NCBI GenBank assembly: GCA_964625905.1
Contig: CAZVBS010000003.1
Span: 1 to 35,454 of the forward strand
DNA from: an uncultured Candidatus Saccharibacteria bacterium
GTDB taxonomy: Bacteria; Patescibacteriota; Minisyncoccia; Phycocordibacterales; JABMNX01
Reading direction: 5' to 3'
DNA: 35,454 nucleotides
Shown: piece after piece, positions 27,021-35,454 of the stretch
Numbering within the stretch: the first letter of the stretch is position 1
Layout: the number at the start of each line of letters is the position of its first letter
Notes under the pieces: model-generated
What the model saw: only the letters and a program-made list of their open reading frames with translations
What the model was told of the DNA's origin: nothing
Database searches by the model: none
Program-made: the position numbers and the translations under genes

Positions 27021-27788
27021 CTATACAGTATCTTCTTTGCGTCCCCATTTATTCCATGCCATAAATCCTACAGCCAATAGTACAATTGTAAGCAAGTAGT
27101 ACCAACTCATATTAAATCCAACTTCTTCGCCAATCTCAGAAGCGCCCACTGCAGCCAATTGGGTTTCCAGAGTGGTTGTAGCAGTTTCGTCTGTTGTTGA
27201 CTCTTCATCTTCTTGTAATCCTGTTTCAGAAGGTGTAGTGGGTTCAGGTGTGTCCACTGTAACAACTTGTGTGTCAGAAGTTTCTGGAGTTACTACTGGT
27301 GTTTGTGTTGCAGTCGCAATAGTAAAACTAACAGCATTAGAGCTTGTTTTTTTGTCTGTGTTTACAGGATCTAGCAGTAAAGAATCCTCCATAACAGTTA
27401 TCGTTGCTGTTCCTGCTATTTTAGCTCGAAATGTAATAGTACCGAAAAGTTTTGTTGAAGTTATTTTCGCTGGAAAACCTCCTGTTTTAACAAGTATACC
27501 AGCAGTATTATCGGTCAAGTCGTAGCCTGGTTGTGCAAGAGCCATCCATCCACTTTCCTGTGAGAATGAAGTAACTTCGAGCATATCGGCTGGGAAAGAT
27601 GCTGAGAGTTTTGCTGTGGTAATTTCTTCTCCTACGCCTGGATTTATATATACTGCAATGTTTATCACCTCATTTGGTGTAAATGCACCTGTATTTGGTG
27701 TAAAGCTAAATGTAGCTGCACTTGCTGTCATAGGGATTACAAGAATTACTGCAAATAGTGTGTACAGAGCTTTTTTCATGATTTTCAT
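27021..27788 (-). CDS. Membrane-anchored cohesin-like domain protein
   Basis: Signal peptide (ASA); beta-rich domain with FPADMLEV and LFGTITFRAK.AGTATIT (cohesin-type pattern); T/P/E-rich linker; C-terminal TM plus basic tail. Confidence 0.75.
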   Translation of the reverse strand: MKIMKKALYTLFAVILVIPMTASAATFSFTPNTGAFTPNEVINIAVYINPGVGEEITTAKLSASFPADMLEVTSFSQESGWMALAQPGYDLTDNTAGILVKTGGFPAKITSTKLFGTITFRAKIAGTATITVMEDSLLLDPVNTDKKTSSNAVSFTIATATQTPVVTPETSDTQVVTVDTPEPTTPSETGLQEDEESTTDETATTTLETQLAAVGASEIGEEVGFNMSWYYLLTIVLLAVGFMAWNKWGRKEDTV

Positions 27789-27822
27789 AATTAATGTGTG
27801 TTATTGAGACGTTTTGTCAGTT

Positions 27823-28446
27823 TTAGGACTGCCAGCTAGCCATTAATAAGTTGAAGTCAAAGATATCTACGTCTCCATCTCCGTCAGCATCACCCATAGC
27901 TTTCGTGGCACCTGAAGTTGTACCCCAGTTAGCCATTAGAACGTTGAAGTCAAAAATGTCGATTTGTCCGTCTTCGTTAAAGTCAGTAGCTTCTGTTGAT
28001 GGAGTGGAGATAATTCCACCTCCTCCTCCACCTCCACCACCACCTCCTCCGCCTGATGGAGGATTAATGGCATATGCGAAGACTATAATAGAAGATGATA
28101 TGTTGTTCGCATAACACGAGATTGCTTCAATAAGTAAGCTAGAGGAAACTTCAATAGCACTGCTGTAAGTGTTTCCAGATGAACATGAAGCTTCACTTCC
28201 GTCTGTTGTGTAGTGAATAGATTGTATGCCGCTAGCTCCGCTTAGGACGACGTTTTGTGTGGAAGTATACGTACCTGCATCTGGACTAGCTGAAGGTTGT
28301 TCTATAACCAATCCGGTTACGCCGTTGCCAGTACTCACACCCGTTTCTAAGGTACCAGTAACTTCAGAAGCAAAAGTTGGAGATGCCATCAAAAAGAACA
28401 GTATAAATGCTGAAAGATATTTCATATTGTTTTTAATTAAGGCCAT
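27823..28446 (-). CDS. Secreted protein: Fn3-associated/chitobiase-like domain, poly-Gly linker, dockerin-like C-terminus
   Basis: P.ASP.AGTY...V.L..IHYTTDGS; Gly run; tandem Ca-loops DFNEDGQIDIFDF and DADGDGDVDIFDF. Confidence 0.82.
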   Translation of the reverse strand: MALIKNNMKYLSAFILFFLMASPTFASEVTGTLETGVSTGNGVTGLVIEQPSASPDAGTYTSTQNVVLSGASGIQSIHYTTDGSEASCSSGNTYSSAIEVSSSLLIEAISCYANNISSSIIVFAYAINPPSGGGGGGGGGGGGGIISTPSTEATDFNEDGQIDIFDFNVLMANWGTTSGATKAMGDADGDGDVDIFDFNLLMASWQS

Positions 28447-31400
28447 TAGTTAGACTGTACTCCGTAACTTCCTGAATACGACCCTCCTGCACTTAATACA
28501 GGAACCTTCATCTCTACTATTACCTCAATTTGTCGCCCAGGTGTTCCCGCTTCTAAATCAGCGTCAAGTGTAATAACACTACTGTAGGTGTCAGCAGCGA
28601 GAATAGTAACCGCAGTCGTTGATGCTGAGTTAACTGATGCTTGTACAGTGTAGAAGCGAATATTGCCTGCCGCTGCGATAGAGTTGGCGCCACTAATGAA
28701 GTCAGAGAACTTCATTTGGAAATCTGTTTCATTAGTTGGAACAGTAACGTGGTATACCCAACTCCATCCGTTTGCGTATGTGTCATCTGCTGTTGCGTAT
28801 GTCTTCACTGCATCGATTCCAGTGACAACTAAATCTGCGCTGTCGTCAAAATCTGCAGTAACTTCATAGGATACAGTTATGTTTGCTGTGTCTCCAGTTG
28901 ATGAAGTAACAACAACATTGTATACATGCAAGCCAACTGTAATCGCATCTGAGTCGGACACAGCTGTAACAGTTGCGCTAGCTGTAACACTTGAGCCATT
29001 AACTGTAACGCTCGCTGCATCTGTAGTGTCAAACTGTAGTCCAGATAGGAACCGAGCTGTAGCTTCAGTGACTGTGTACGAAGATACGATTGTCGCTCCG
29101 TTAATAACAATAGTTGGAATAACAGGAGTTACTGCTGGGTCAACGACTATAATGGTTCGTGTTTCTTCTACTGCCAAGTTACCAGCTGTGTCCGAAACGT
29201 TGTAAGTAACAGTGTACGTTCCTGCATTTGCTGTATCAACAGTTCCAGAGCCTGCAACTGTTCCTAAATCACCGTCAACATCGTCACTTGCTGTTGCTCC
29301 TGGGTCTGTGTATGTGTCTCCAACAGTTAGAGTTAGTGGGTTTTGTCCGAGTAATGTTATAACGGGAGGTGTGTTGTCTACTCCAGTAGTAGTAAATGTG
29401 TTGTCACCAGAAGTTCCAACATTTGAGGATGCATCAAGTGATATAACCCTAAAGTGGTAGTTAGTACCCTCAGTAAGAGAAGTTAGGTCAACAGAGTGGC
29501 TCGTTACCATGTTGGCATCAACGGTAGTAAGAGTACCGTATGAAGAAGTTGTGCCGTACTCCACTTGTGATTTTGAAGCCTCATCAGTGTCCCAAGTAAT
29601 TGTAACTGTATCGGTACCTATTGCTGATACTTGAATATTGGTGATGATAGGTGCCGTTACATCACTACCTGCGACAAACTCTATTGTTCCGGAACCGGTT
29701 GCACTGCCTCCAACCTCTAGCGCAGTAACATTTACATTTCCTGTAATAGTATTGGTGATTGTCGTATCGGTGTCTCCGTCTGCTTCCATGGTAAGTAGAG
29801 TTGAGCCAAATGATGAACCATTGTCTCCGGTAAGGCTAACTCCGGTTGTCGTGTCATTTACTACCAAGTAATTCAATGCATCTCGTGCAGTTACCGTAAG
29901 CGTTGCAGGGTTATTTACCGCCTGCGAAGTTGGGTTAAAGTTTAGATCAAAGTAGTCAATAGGGTCGGTTGATACAAGGTCAGTAAGAGCGTCACTATTA
30001 TAGAATGGGCTGAACTTTACGTAACTAGTTTCCCCATCATCTACCGCTGGCCATACTGCAACACCCGATCCGCTTGGATTTGAATTTGCATTATATGGAC
30101 CAGTCGCATCTCCCCACCAGTTCATTGAAGCATCAAGTACCCCTGCACCAGTCGCTGCTAGAGCTGGATGTAATACAACACCTAGAGCAGAGTTGCTCAT
30201 CTTATTATTTGTTACAGTAATTGTCGCAATACTTGGGTTTGACTCAAAGAAGATTGCAACTTCGTCTATGTTCCCTTTGTGGTCAGTTAAATTGCTTATT
30301 GTGTTCCCTGTAACAACAGCACTTGGCGTGTCATTTTCAAGACCGATACCGTGCGCCCAAAGACCTTCAAGTGTGCTAATGATGTTATTAGTAATTTGTA
30401 ATCCAAGTATTGCATTGTGATTTGCCAAGATACCATATGCACCTCGTCCAGCACTCCATGCTGCTGTGGACGCAAATACATTACTTATGTCGTTACCATC
30501 TATCACCACTCCGGAGAAATTGTTTGTGCTTGGTGAAGAATCGCCAAGGAATATTCCCTTAGCGCTAGTTCCACTACCAGCTACAAGTGTCAAGTTACCA
30601 ATGTTTGTGATTGTGTTGTTAGATATAGTTAGGTTAGTCACATCTACAGAGCTACTTTTTACATACACACCTTGTGCTGATCCTGAAGCGAGAGTTGTAC
30701 CAATATTTTGTATTGTATTATTTGTAATTGTAAGATCGTTAACGTCAGTTGCTTGAATTCCGTATCCAGCTGTTGGATTCTCGATGGTCATTCCGTCTAT
30801 GGTAACTCCATCAACAGTAACCTTAAGAGCCGTACCTCCGGGCGCAGTAAGCACTGCCCCACTATTACCTTGGATTGTTACATCTTGGTCAACTATCACA
30901 TTCTCAGAATAGGAGCCTGATGCAACATTTATTTCTGTGATTCCGCTAACCCAAGCGTCAATTGCTCCTTGGATAGTTCCAAAGTCTGGAGTTCCTGTTT
31001 GAGCAACAGTAAGAATTCCATCAGTATCTACTACAAAGTCCTCAGAATCTTCATCTATATTCCCTGCCAAGTCTGTTGCTTTAAATGTCACAGTTTGTCT
31101 ACCGTCAACTAATGTTAATGTCTGAGGGGAAGTACAGCTTGGTAAGTCTGTGTACGCTCCCGTGCCAATTTTGTAAGCACACGTATCTAGATTCGTGTCA
31201 GTTGCAACAAAAGTAAATGCGACATTCCCTGCTACATCGTGTACTACCAAGTCAGTAGTTGGGTCACTAATAGCCATTGATGGACTTACTGTGTCTACGA
31301 AGATATTATATGGCACAAGCGTTTCCGTGGAGGTGTTACCAGCTTCGTCCTCAAAGTTGATTTTTACTTTATATTCGCCGTCTGGAGCGTACACTGCACC

Positions 31401-32963
31401 ACCAGTTTCGTACCCATCCCACCGCTTCATTACATAAGCATCGAAACTTAAGATACTAGTATAGTATCTCGTTGCTGTTCCATCATCACAAACACCGTCT
31501 GCTTCTTCACAAATATAGATTCGTGTGTATTTAACTGGCTCGTTCGCTGTAATATCAATTTTTGCGTTATCAGTGTTTGAGTTAAAGAATGTGTCTACTG
31601 TAGCGTCGTCGAGTTCGTACGAGAGCACGCTCGGAGCTGTGTTATCTACCAAAATTGTATTGTTACTTTCTACAGGATTGTTATTTCCTGCAAGGTCTTC
31701 TGCATCAATAGTGATTGTTGCAGTACCATCACCACCATCGGTAACTGTCCAAGCGTATGTCCATACCAAACCTGAACCAGTCATGGTTACGGCGGAAACA
31801 TCCCCCGTACCGTCAACATCGATTGAGATTTTTGGATCGTTTACAGTTGTATCAAGCGCTTCGTTAAAAAATGTTGCCGTAATAGTCACAAGATCAGTAT
31901 CTTTTACCGGTCCATTGTTTGAATACGTAATAGCAACTTCTGGTTCTACAGTGTCACCGGTTACTGGCTGTGTGATTGAGCCGCCACTAAGTTCATTGTC
32001 AGCAGCATCTTTAATGGTGCCACCAACTAAGTAGGCAACAAATATTTCATCAGCTCCATTCTTTAGCCACTCCATGTCAGTTGCTTCATCAAGCGTTACT
32101 GTCAATACCTTGGTTGAATAAGAGAAGTTCGCATTTGTAAGACTTAGTGTGACACCACCTGAACCCTTCTTAAATACAAGTTCGTTGGCTGACCACATAC
32201 TGTCAACTACAACCACTTCTTCGTCAAAGGTAACTACAATAGTGTCGCCTGCACCTTGAATAGTTGTTCCGGTAAGTCCAATCATTCCAGGAGCGGTATT
32301 GTCAGTGTTGAGTAGTCCTACAAGTTCATACCCAATATTTCCTGCATTATCTGTTGCTTTTACACAAAGGTAATCGTCATGGTCGCCAATAATGTCAAAG
32401 TCGTTTCCTGAAGTAAAGGCTATATTTATAGTGTCTCCGACGTTACAAACATTATCTCCACTAAAGCCATATTCCTGAGAAGCTATGCCACTTTCGTTTG
32501 CAGGGACAGTCTCAGCTACGGTCACATTTATGGTATCGGTCTGTACTGGCCCAGTATCTGTGCCGTTGTTTACAGTAAATATAGGAGCCGTGTTGTCTAC
32601 TGTAAAATTAGATGCGCTTACATCATCGATAACACCGTCTGTTACCTTGATTTTATAGACACTCCCATCTGGAGTACCAGTAGTATCCCACGAGTAAGTG
32701 CCATCTGTTGCGTTAACACCACTGATGAGGTCTGAATAACTACTACCACCATTGGATGAAAGTGCAATTGATATCGTATCACCTGAATCGGCTGTAGCAG
32801 TCCATGTAACACTTTGTGTTCCTGCCAAGTACTCACCTCCCGTTGGAGCTGTAAGAGAAAACGAAGTAACTGTCGCAAATGCAATCGAAATTAATAAAGT
32901 AAACAAAAAAATTGCCACTGCAATTACTGCAAGTGACTTTCCGAAATAAGTTCTAGTATTCAT
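28446..32963 (-). CDS. Giant secreted adhesin/surface protein (Ig-like repeats, beta-helix, FN3, DUF5011-like)
   Basis: 1505 aa; signal peptide; repeated D.AGN/DNTAP Ig boundaries; TIQGAIDA and ITNNTI.N beta-helix repeats; TITWDTDE..QVEYGTT..YHFRV (FN3); PPVITLLG.NP...YTDPGATA.DD.DG. Confidence 0.88.
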   Translation of the reverse strand: MNTRTYFGKSLAVIAVAIFLFTLLISIAFATVTSFSLTAPTGGEYLAGTQSVTWTATADSGDTISIALSSNGGSSYSDLISGVNATDGTYSWDTTGTPDGSVYKIKVTDGVIDDVSASNFTVDNTAPIFTVNNGTDTGPVQTDTINVTVAETVPANESGIASQEYGFSGDNVCNVGDTINIAFTSGNDFDIIGDHDDYLCVKATDNAGNIGYELVGLLNTDNTAPGMIGLTGTTIQGAGDTIVVTFDEEVVVVDSMWSANELVFKKGSGGVTLSLTNANFSYSTKVLTVTLDEATDMEWLKNGADEIFVAYLVGGTIKDAADNELSGGSITQPVTGDTVEPEVAITYSNNGPVKDTDLVTITATFFNEALDTTVNDPKISIDVDGTGDVSAVTMTGSGLVWTYAWTVTDGGDGTATITIDAEDLAGNNNPVESNNTILVDNTAPSVLSYELDDATVDTFFNSNTDNAKIDITANEPVKYTRIYICEEADGVCDDGTATRYYTSILSFDAYVMKRWDGYETGGAVYAPDGEYKVKINFEDEAGNTSTETLVPYNIFVDTVSPSMAISDPTTDLVVHDVAGNVAFTFVATDTNLDTCAYKIGTGAYTDLPSCTSPQTLTLVDGRQTVTFKATDLAGNIDEDSEDFVVDTDGILTVAQTGTPDFGTIQGAIDAWVSGITEINVASGSYSENVIVDQDVTIQGNSGAVLTAPGGTALKVTVDGVTIDGMTIENPTAGYGIQATDVNDLTITNNTIQNIGTTLASGSAQGVYVKSSSVDVTNLTISNNTITNIGNLTLVAGSGTSAKGIFLGDSSPSTNNFSGVVIDGNDISNVFASTAAWSAGRGAYGILANHNAILGLQITNNIISTLEGLWAHGIGLENDTPSAVVTGNTISNLTDHKGNIDEVAIFFESNPSIATITVTNNKMSNSALGVVLHPALAATGAGVLDASMNWWGDATGPYNANSNPSGSGVAVWPAVDDGETSYVKFSPFYNSDALTDLVSTDPIDYFDLNFNPTSQAVNNPATLTVTARDALNYLVVNDTTTGVSLTGDNGSSFGSTLLTMEADGDTDTTITNTITGNVNVTALEVGGSATGSGTIEFVAGSDVTAPIITNIQVSAIGTDTVTITWDTDEASKSQVEYGTTSSYGTLTTVDANMVTSHSVDLTSLTEGTNYHFRVISLDASSNVGTSGDNTFTTTGVDNTPPVITLLGQNPLTLTVGDTYTDPGATASDDVDGDLGTVAGSGTVDTANAGTYTVTYNVSDTAGNLAVEETRTIIVVDPAVTPVIPTIVINGATIVSSYTVTEATARFLSGLQFDTTDAASVTVNGSSVTASATVTAVSDSDAITVGLHVYNVVVTSSTGDTANITVSYEVTADFDDSADLVVTGIDAVKTYATADDTYANGWSWVYHVTVPTNETDFQMKFSDFISGANSIAAAGNIRFYTVQASVNSASTTAVTILAADTYSSVITLDADLEAGTPGRQIEVIVEMKVPVLSAGGSYSGSYGVQSN

Positions 32964-33173
32964 ATTTTTTTAATAATTAGTTTATAAACAGCACTCAATA
33001 GTCTCTTATTAGAGTCTGTGTAAATGTTTACACACAAACCACCAACATTAAGCCAACAATGTATCATAAATGATTCATTATCGCTCTTCATTAATTACTT
33101 TTTTAATGTGACTATTTATGTCACATTAAATGCCCATGCTCTTTAAGACGAAGCCTCAAAGAAAACTAAATTT

Positions 33174-33201
33174 ATTGTACTTAAGGCGAGTTCAAAGTCA
33201 A
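33174..33201 (-). promoter_or_regulatory. Candidate sigma-70 promoter for the adhesin operon
   Basis: TTGACT, 16-nt spacer, TACAAT, about 200 nt upstream of ATG 32963. Confidence 0.5.
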
Positions 33202-33299
33202 TCGTAAAAACAATCTCGAAAGAGCTTGTCACTTATGTCAATATTTGCTCAATTTGCTTAAACATACAAAAGAAACCAGGTCAGCCACCATTTTTGTCA

Positions 33300-33339
33300 T
33301 TAAAATAAACGGCTGGAGTACTCCAGCCGTTTATTTTAA
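33300..33339. repeat. Perfect 40-bp palindrome (AAACGGCTGGAGTACTCCAGCCGTTT family)
   Basis: TTAAAATAAACGGCTGGAGTACTCCAGCCGTTTATTTTAA. Confidence 0.9.
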
Positions 33340-33778
33340 CCCGATAGGACTTGGTCACAGTCGCTAAGTATATTGATTCACTACGTTCTTAATCTACTAA
33401 GTGCGCTCGACCCCGACTCGGCGACAAGTTCTTATGGGGTCAAGTTTCTAAATTCGCTACGCTCATTAAGAACTTCCTAGCTCTGCACTTGATTATGTAA
33501 TTCGTTTCACTCATAACATAATCTACGCCTGGACTCATGGTTTTATTTTCTAGTAAAAATGAAAAATAAAACATCGCTCCGTCTTCCACAACGAAAAAAA
33601 TGATGCATTGGCATCATTTTTAACAGTTGTGGACCCGACAGGACTTGAACATTACATGTTCAGTACAGGTTGTCGATATTTTTTCAAAATATCTGGCAAC
33701 CTTTTCAAGTCCGAGCCACACCCAGCCAGCACAAAAATACCCCCGTAAAACACGGGGGTTATTTTAATGCTGTGGACC
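33339..33778. repeat. Structured repeat cluster 3 (modules B, C, D, E, tRNA-like end, A, hairpin)
   Basis: Contains all modules seen in clusters 1 and 2, in a different order; TGTGGACC at 33628 and 33771. Confidence 0.88.
33629..33650 (-). other. tRNA/tmRNA 3'-end fragment (att-like)
   Basis: Minus strand GTTCAAGTCCTGTCGGGTCCAC reads as T-loop, 3' T-stem, acceptor strand and discriminator A; no 5' half is present. Confidence 0.6.
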
Positions 33779-33831
33779 TCTCTATAACTGGTTGGAATGG
33801 ATTGATCCAAGAGTTGAGAGAATTAAATAAA

Positions 33832-35454
33832 TTAGATGCTTAGTTGTTTGAATATAAAGGCTAACATATCAGCTTCCATTGCTACTTTACGAGACACAGC
33901 TGGAGAACTACTATGCCCTGCTTTCTTCTCAACCCTAAGAAGAATTGGTTCGGCCGACGAATTATTTTTAGTAAGCAATGCTGTAAACTTAAAAGCATGA
34001 GCTGGAGATACTCTATCGTCCTTATCACCTGTAATAATTAAAGTTGCAGGGTATTTAGTTTTTTCTTTTATATTATGATAGGGGCTATATTTTAATAAAA
34101 ATTCTCTGTCCTTTTTATCGTCAGGATTACCATATTCATCTATCCAATGTTTACCACTGTCAGGATATTTATGAAACTTCATCATATCTATAACAGGAGC
34201 ACCTATTATTACAACTTTTGCTAAATCAGGGCGCTGTACCATTACTGTTGCAGTTAATAGTCCCCCATTAGACCATCCGAATATTCCAAGATGTTCTGGC
34301 GACGTGTAGTTGTTTTTAAATAACCATTCAGCTCCGTAGATAAAATCATCAAACACATTCTGTTTTTTATCACGCCTTCCTGATTCATGCCAATCTTCTC
34401 CAAATTCATTACCTCCACGTAAGTTAACTACCACATAAATTCCACCGTTCTCTATAATTGGTATAGCACTGGCTCGAAAGCCAGGTTGTGTATTTACATT
34501 AAAACCACCATAACCATAAAGAAGTACTGGTCGTTGTCCGTCTTTTACTAAATCTTTTTTATAAACTAAAAACATTGGTATTTTAGTTCCATCTTTTGAT
34601 GTAAACCAAACTTGCTCTGTAACATAATCAGAGCTGTTAATACCTACGTCTATTTCATTATAAAGAACTGTTTCTCCAGAATGAACATCAGAACGAAAAA
34701 CTTTTGAAGGGGTAGTGAAAGATGTGAAGCCAAAGAAAAATTCTTTACCCTCATCTTCGGCTCTAAAACTTGTGATTGTACCTAGCTCTGGTAGTTTGAT
34801 TTTTCGTATTAATTTACCATCAAGAGAATGTTGGGATAATAAAGAGTGGACATTCTCCAAACGTTCAACAAAAATATAATCACCAACAACTTTATATCCG
34901 TTAAGTACATTCTCTGTTTCTGAGATTATTACATTTGCATTATTAATATTTCCCTCCTTAAAAGCTTCTTTAATTAAAATTCCTATTACTTTTCTATTAG
35001 GAGCTTCGTGATTTGTCTCAATAAAAAGTGTCCCCCGATGAGCTTTCGCATTAAATTCAGCGCCCATACCCTGAATTATTGGTACAAATACAGGTGTTTT
35101 AGATTTTCTATCATAAACATATATATCATTGGATCTTTTGCCGGTACCTGATATGTACACATTTATTAACAAAAACTTTCCGTCACTAGAGACATCAGCA
35201 ATAGGTATGTGTTGTATCGACAAATTATCACCAAAAACATATACATCTTCTTCCCAACTATTCCCTAGAGAATGATAAAAGACTTGTCTGTAATATTTTT
35301 CTTCCCCTTCTTTCACTTCTATTGGTCCACGTCGGGTATACCAAAAACCAGTATTATCGGGATTCCATGTCACACTTCCTGGATATAAATAATCTGGAAT
35401 AGTGTCTAGTTTTAGCTCACCGGTTTCAACATCAAGAACATGAATTGACGCCTT
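33832..35454 (-). CDS. Prolyl oligopeptidase S9A (partial, starts beyond right edge)
   Basis: SKDGTKIPMF, YGYGGF, RGGNEFGE.WH and catalytic GWSNGG / DDRV / AGH; the frame is open to base 35454. Confidence 0.96.
   Translation of the reverse strand, partial: KASIHVLDVETGELKLDTIPDYLYPGSVTWNPDNTGFWYTRRGPIEVKEGEEKYYRQVFYHSLGNSWEEDVYVFGDNLSIQHIPIADVSSDGKFLLINVYISGTGKRSNDIYVYDRKSKTPVFVPIIQGMGAEFNAKAHRGTLFIETNHEAPNRKVIGILIKEAFKEGNINNANVIISETENVLNGYKVVGDYIFVERLENVHSLLSQHSLDGKLIRKIKLPELGTITSFRAEDEGKEFFFGFTSFTTPSKVFRSDVHSGETVLYNEIDVGINSSDYVTEQVWFTSKDGTKIPMFLVYKKDLVKDGQRPVLLYGYGGFNVNTQPGFRASAIPIIENGGIYVVVNLRGGNEFGEDWHESGRRDKKQNVFDDFIYGAEWLFKNNYTSPEHLGIFGWSNGGLLTATVMVQRPDLAKVVIIGAPVIDMMKFHKYPDSGKHWIDEYGNPDDKKDREFLLKYSPYHNIKEKTKYPATLIITGDKDDRVSPAHAFKFTALLTKNNSSAEPILLRVEKKAGHSSSPAVSRKVAMEADMLAFIFKQLSI

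Noticed and set aside
26844-27080. 78-aa + strand ORF
   Set aside because: Lies across the repeat modules and overlaps the cohesin 3' end; no RBS or protein motif.
27172-32949. Many + strand ORFs opposite the surface-protein genes (and similar shadows opposite alaS, leuS, ychF)
   Set aside because: Antisense shadows of long real genes, with no recognisable motifs.
33102-33130. CRP/FNR box
   Set aside because: TGTGA and TCACA are 9 nt apart rather than 6.
33600-33720. Complete or intron-containing tRNA
   Set aside because: Only the T-loop and acceptor 3' strand are present; I found no D-arm, anticodon arm or 5' acceptor strand in the adjacent sequence.
25478-33778. CRISPR array
   Set aside because: Repeats are few, irregularly spaced and separated by genes; there is no repeat-spacer periodicity and no cas1/cas2.
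1-35454. Alternative genetic code (stop reassignment)
   Set aside because: Long genes are intact under code 11 and TAA, TAG and TGA all end genes; the two interruptions involve different codons.

Overview
AT-rich bacterial chromosome segment with dense genes, mostly on the minus strand. The gene content (short AlaRS, sigma70-r4/HTH protein, FtsA-like protein, RNHCP protein, ATP-cone nuclease) suggests Patescibacteria/CPR (Parcubacteria-like); this is inference. Positions 1-23.7 kb are mostly housekeeping and repair genes (alaS, M16 peptidase, ung, MGMT, Cas4-like nuclease, mnmA, mltG, leuS, ychF). Positions 23.7-35.4 kb are accessory: co-oriented gene blocks (secreted helical protein, membrane protein, NYN nuclease, cohesin-dockerin-giant adhesin operon, prolyl oligopeptidase) separated by a shuffled family of structured repeat modules with a tRNA/tmRNA-3'-end-like core. 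Main candidates for new biology: (1) this cassette-array-like organisation; (2) a NYN RNase with a convergent, promoter-driven ~60-nt RNA; (3) a ~95-nt ncRNA with its own promoter and terminator upstream of ychF; (4) a dispersed palindrome whose outer arms are copy-specific and which also sits inside ychF without changing its length; (5) a cohesin-dockerin surface module. All analysis was by eye; no database searches or folding programs were run.
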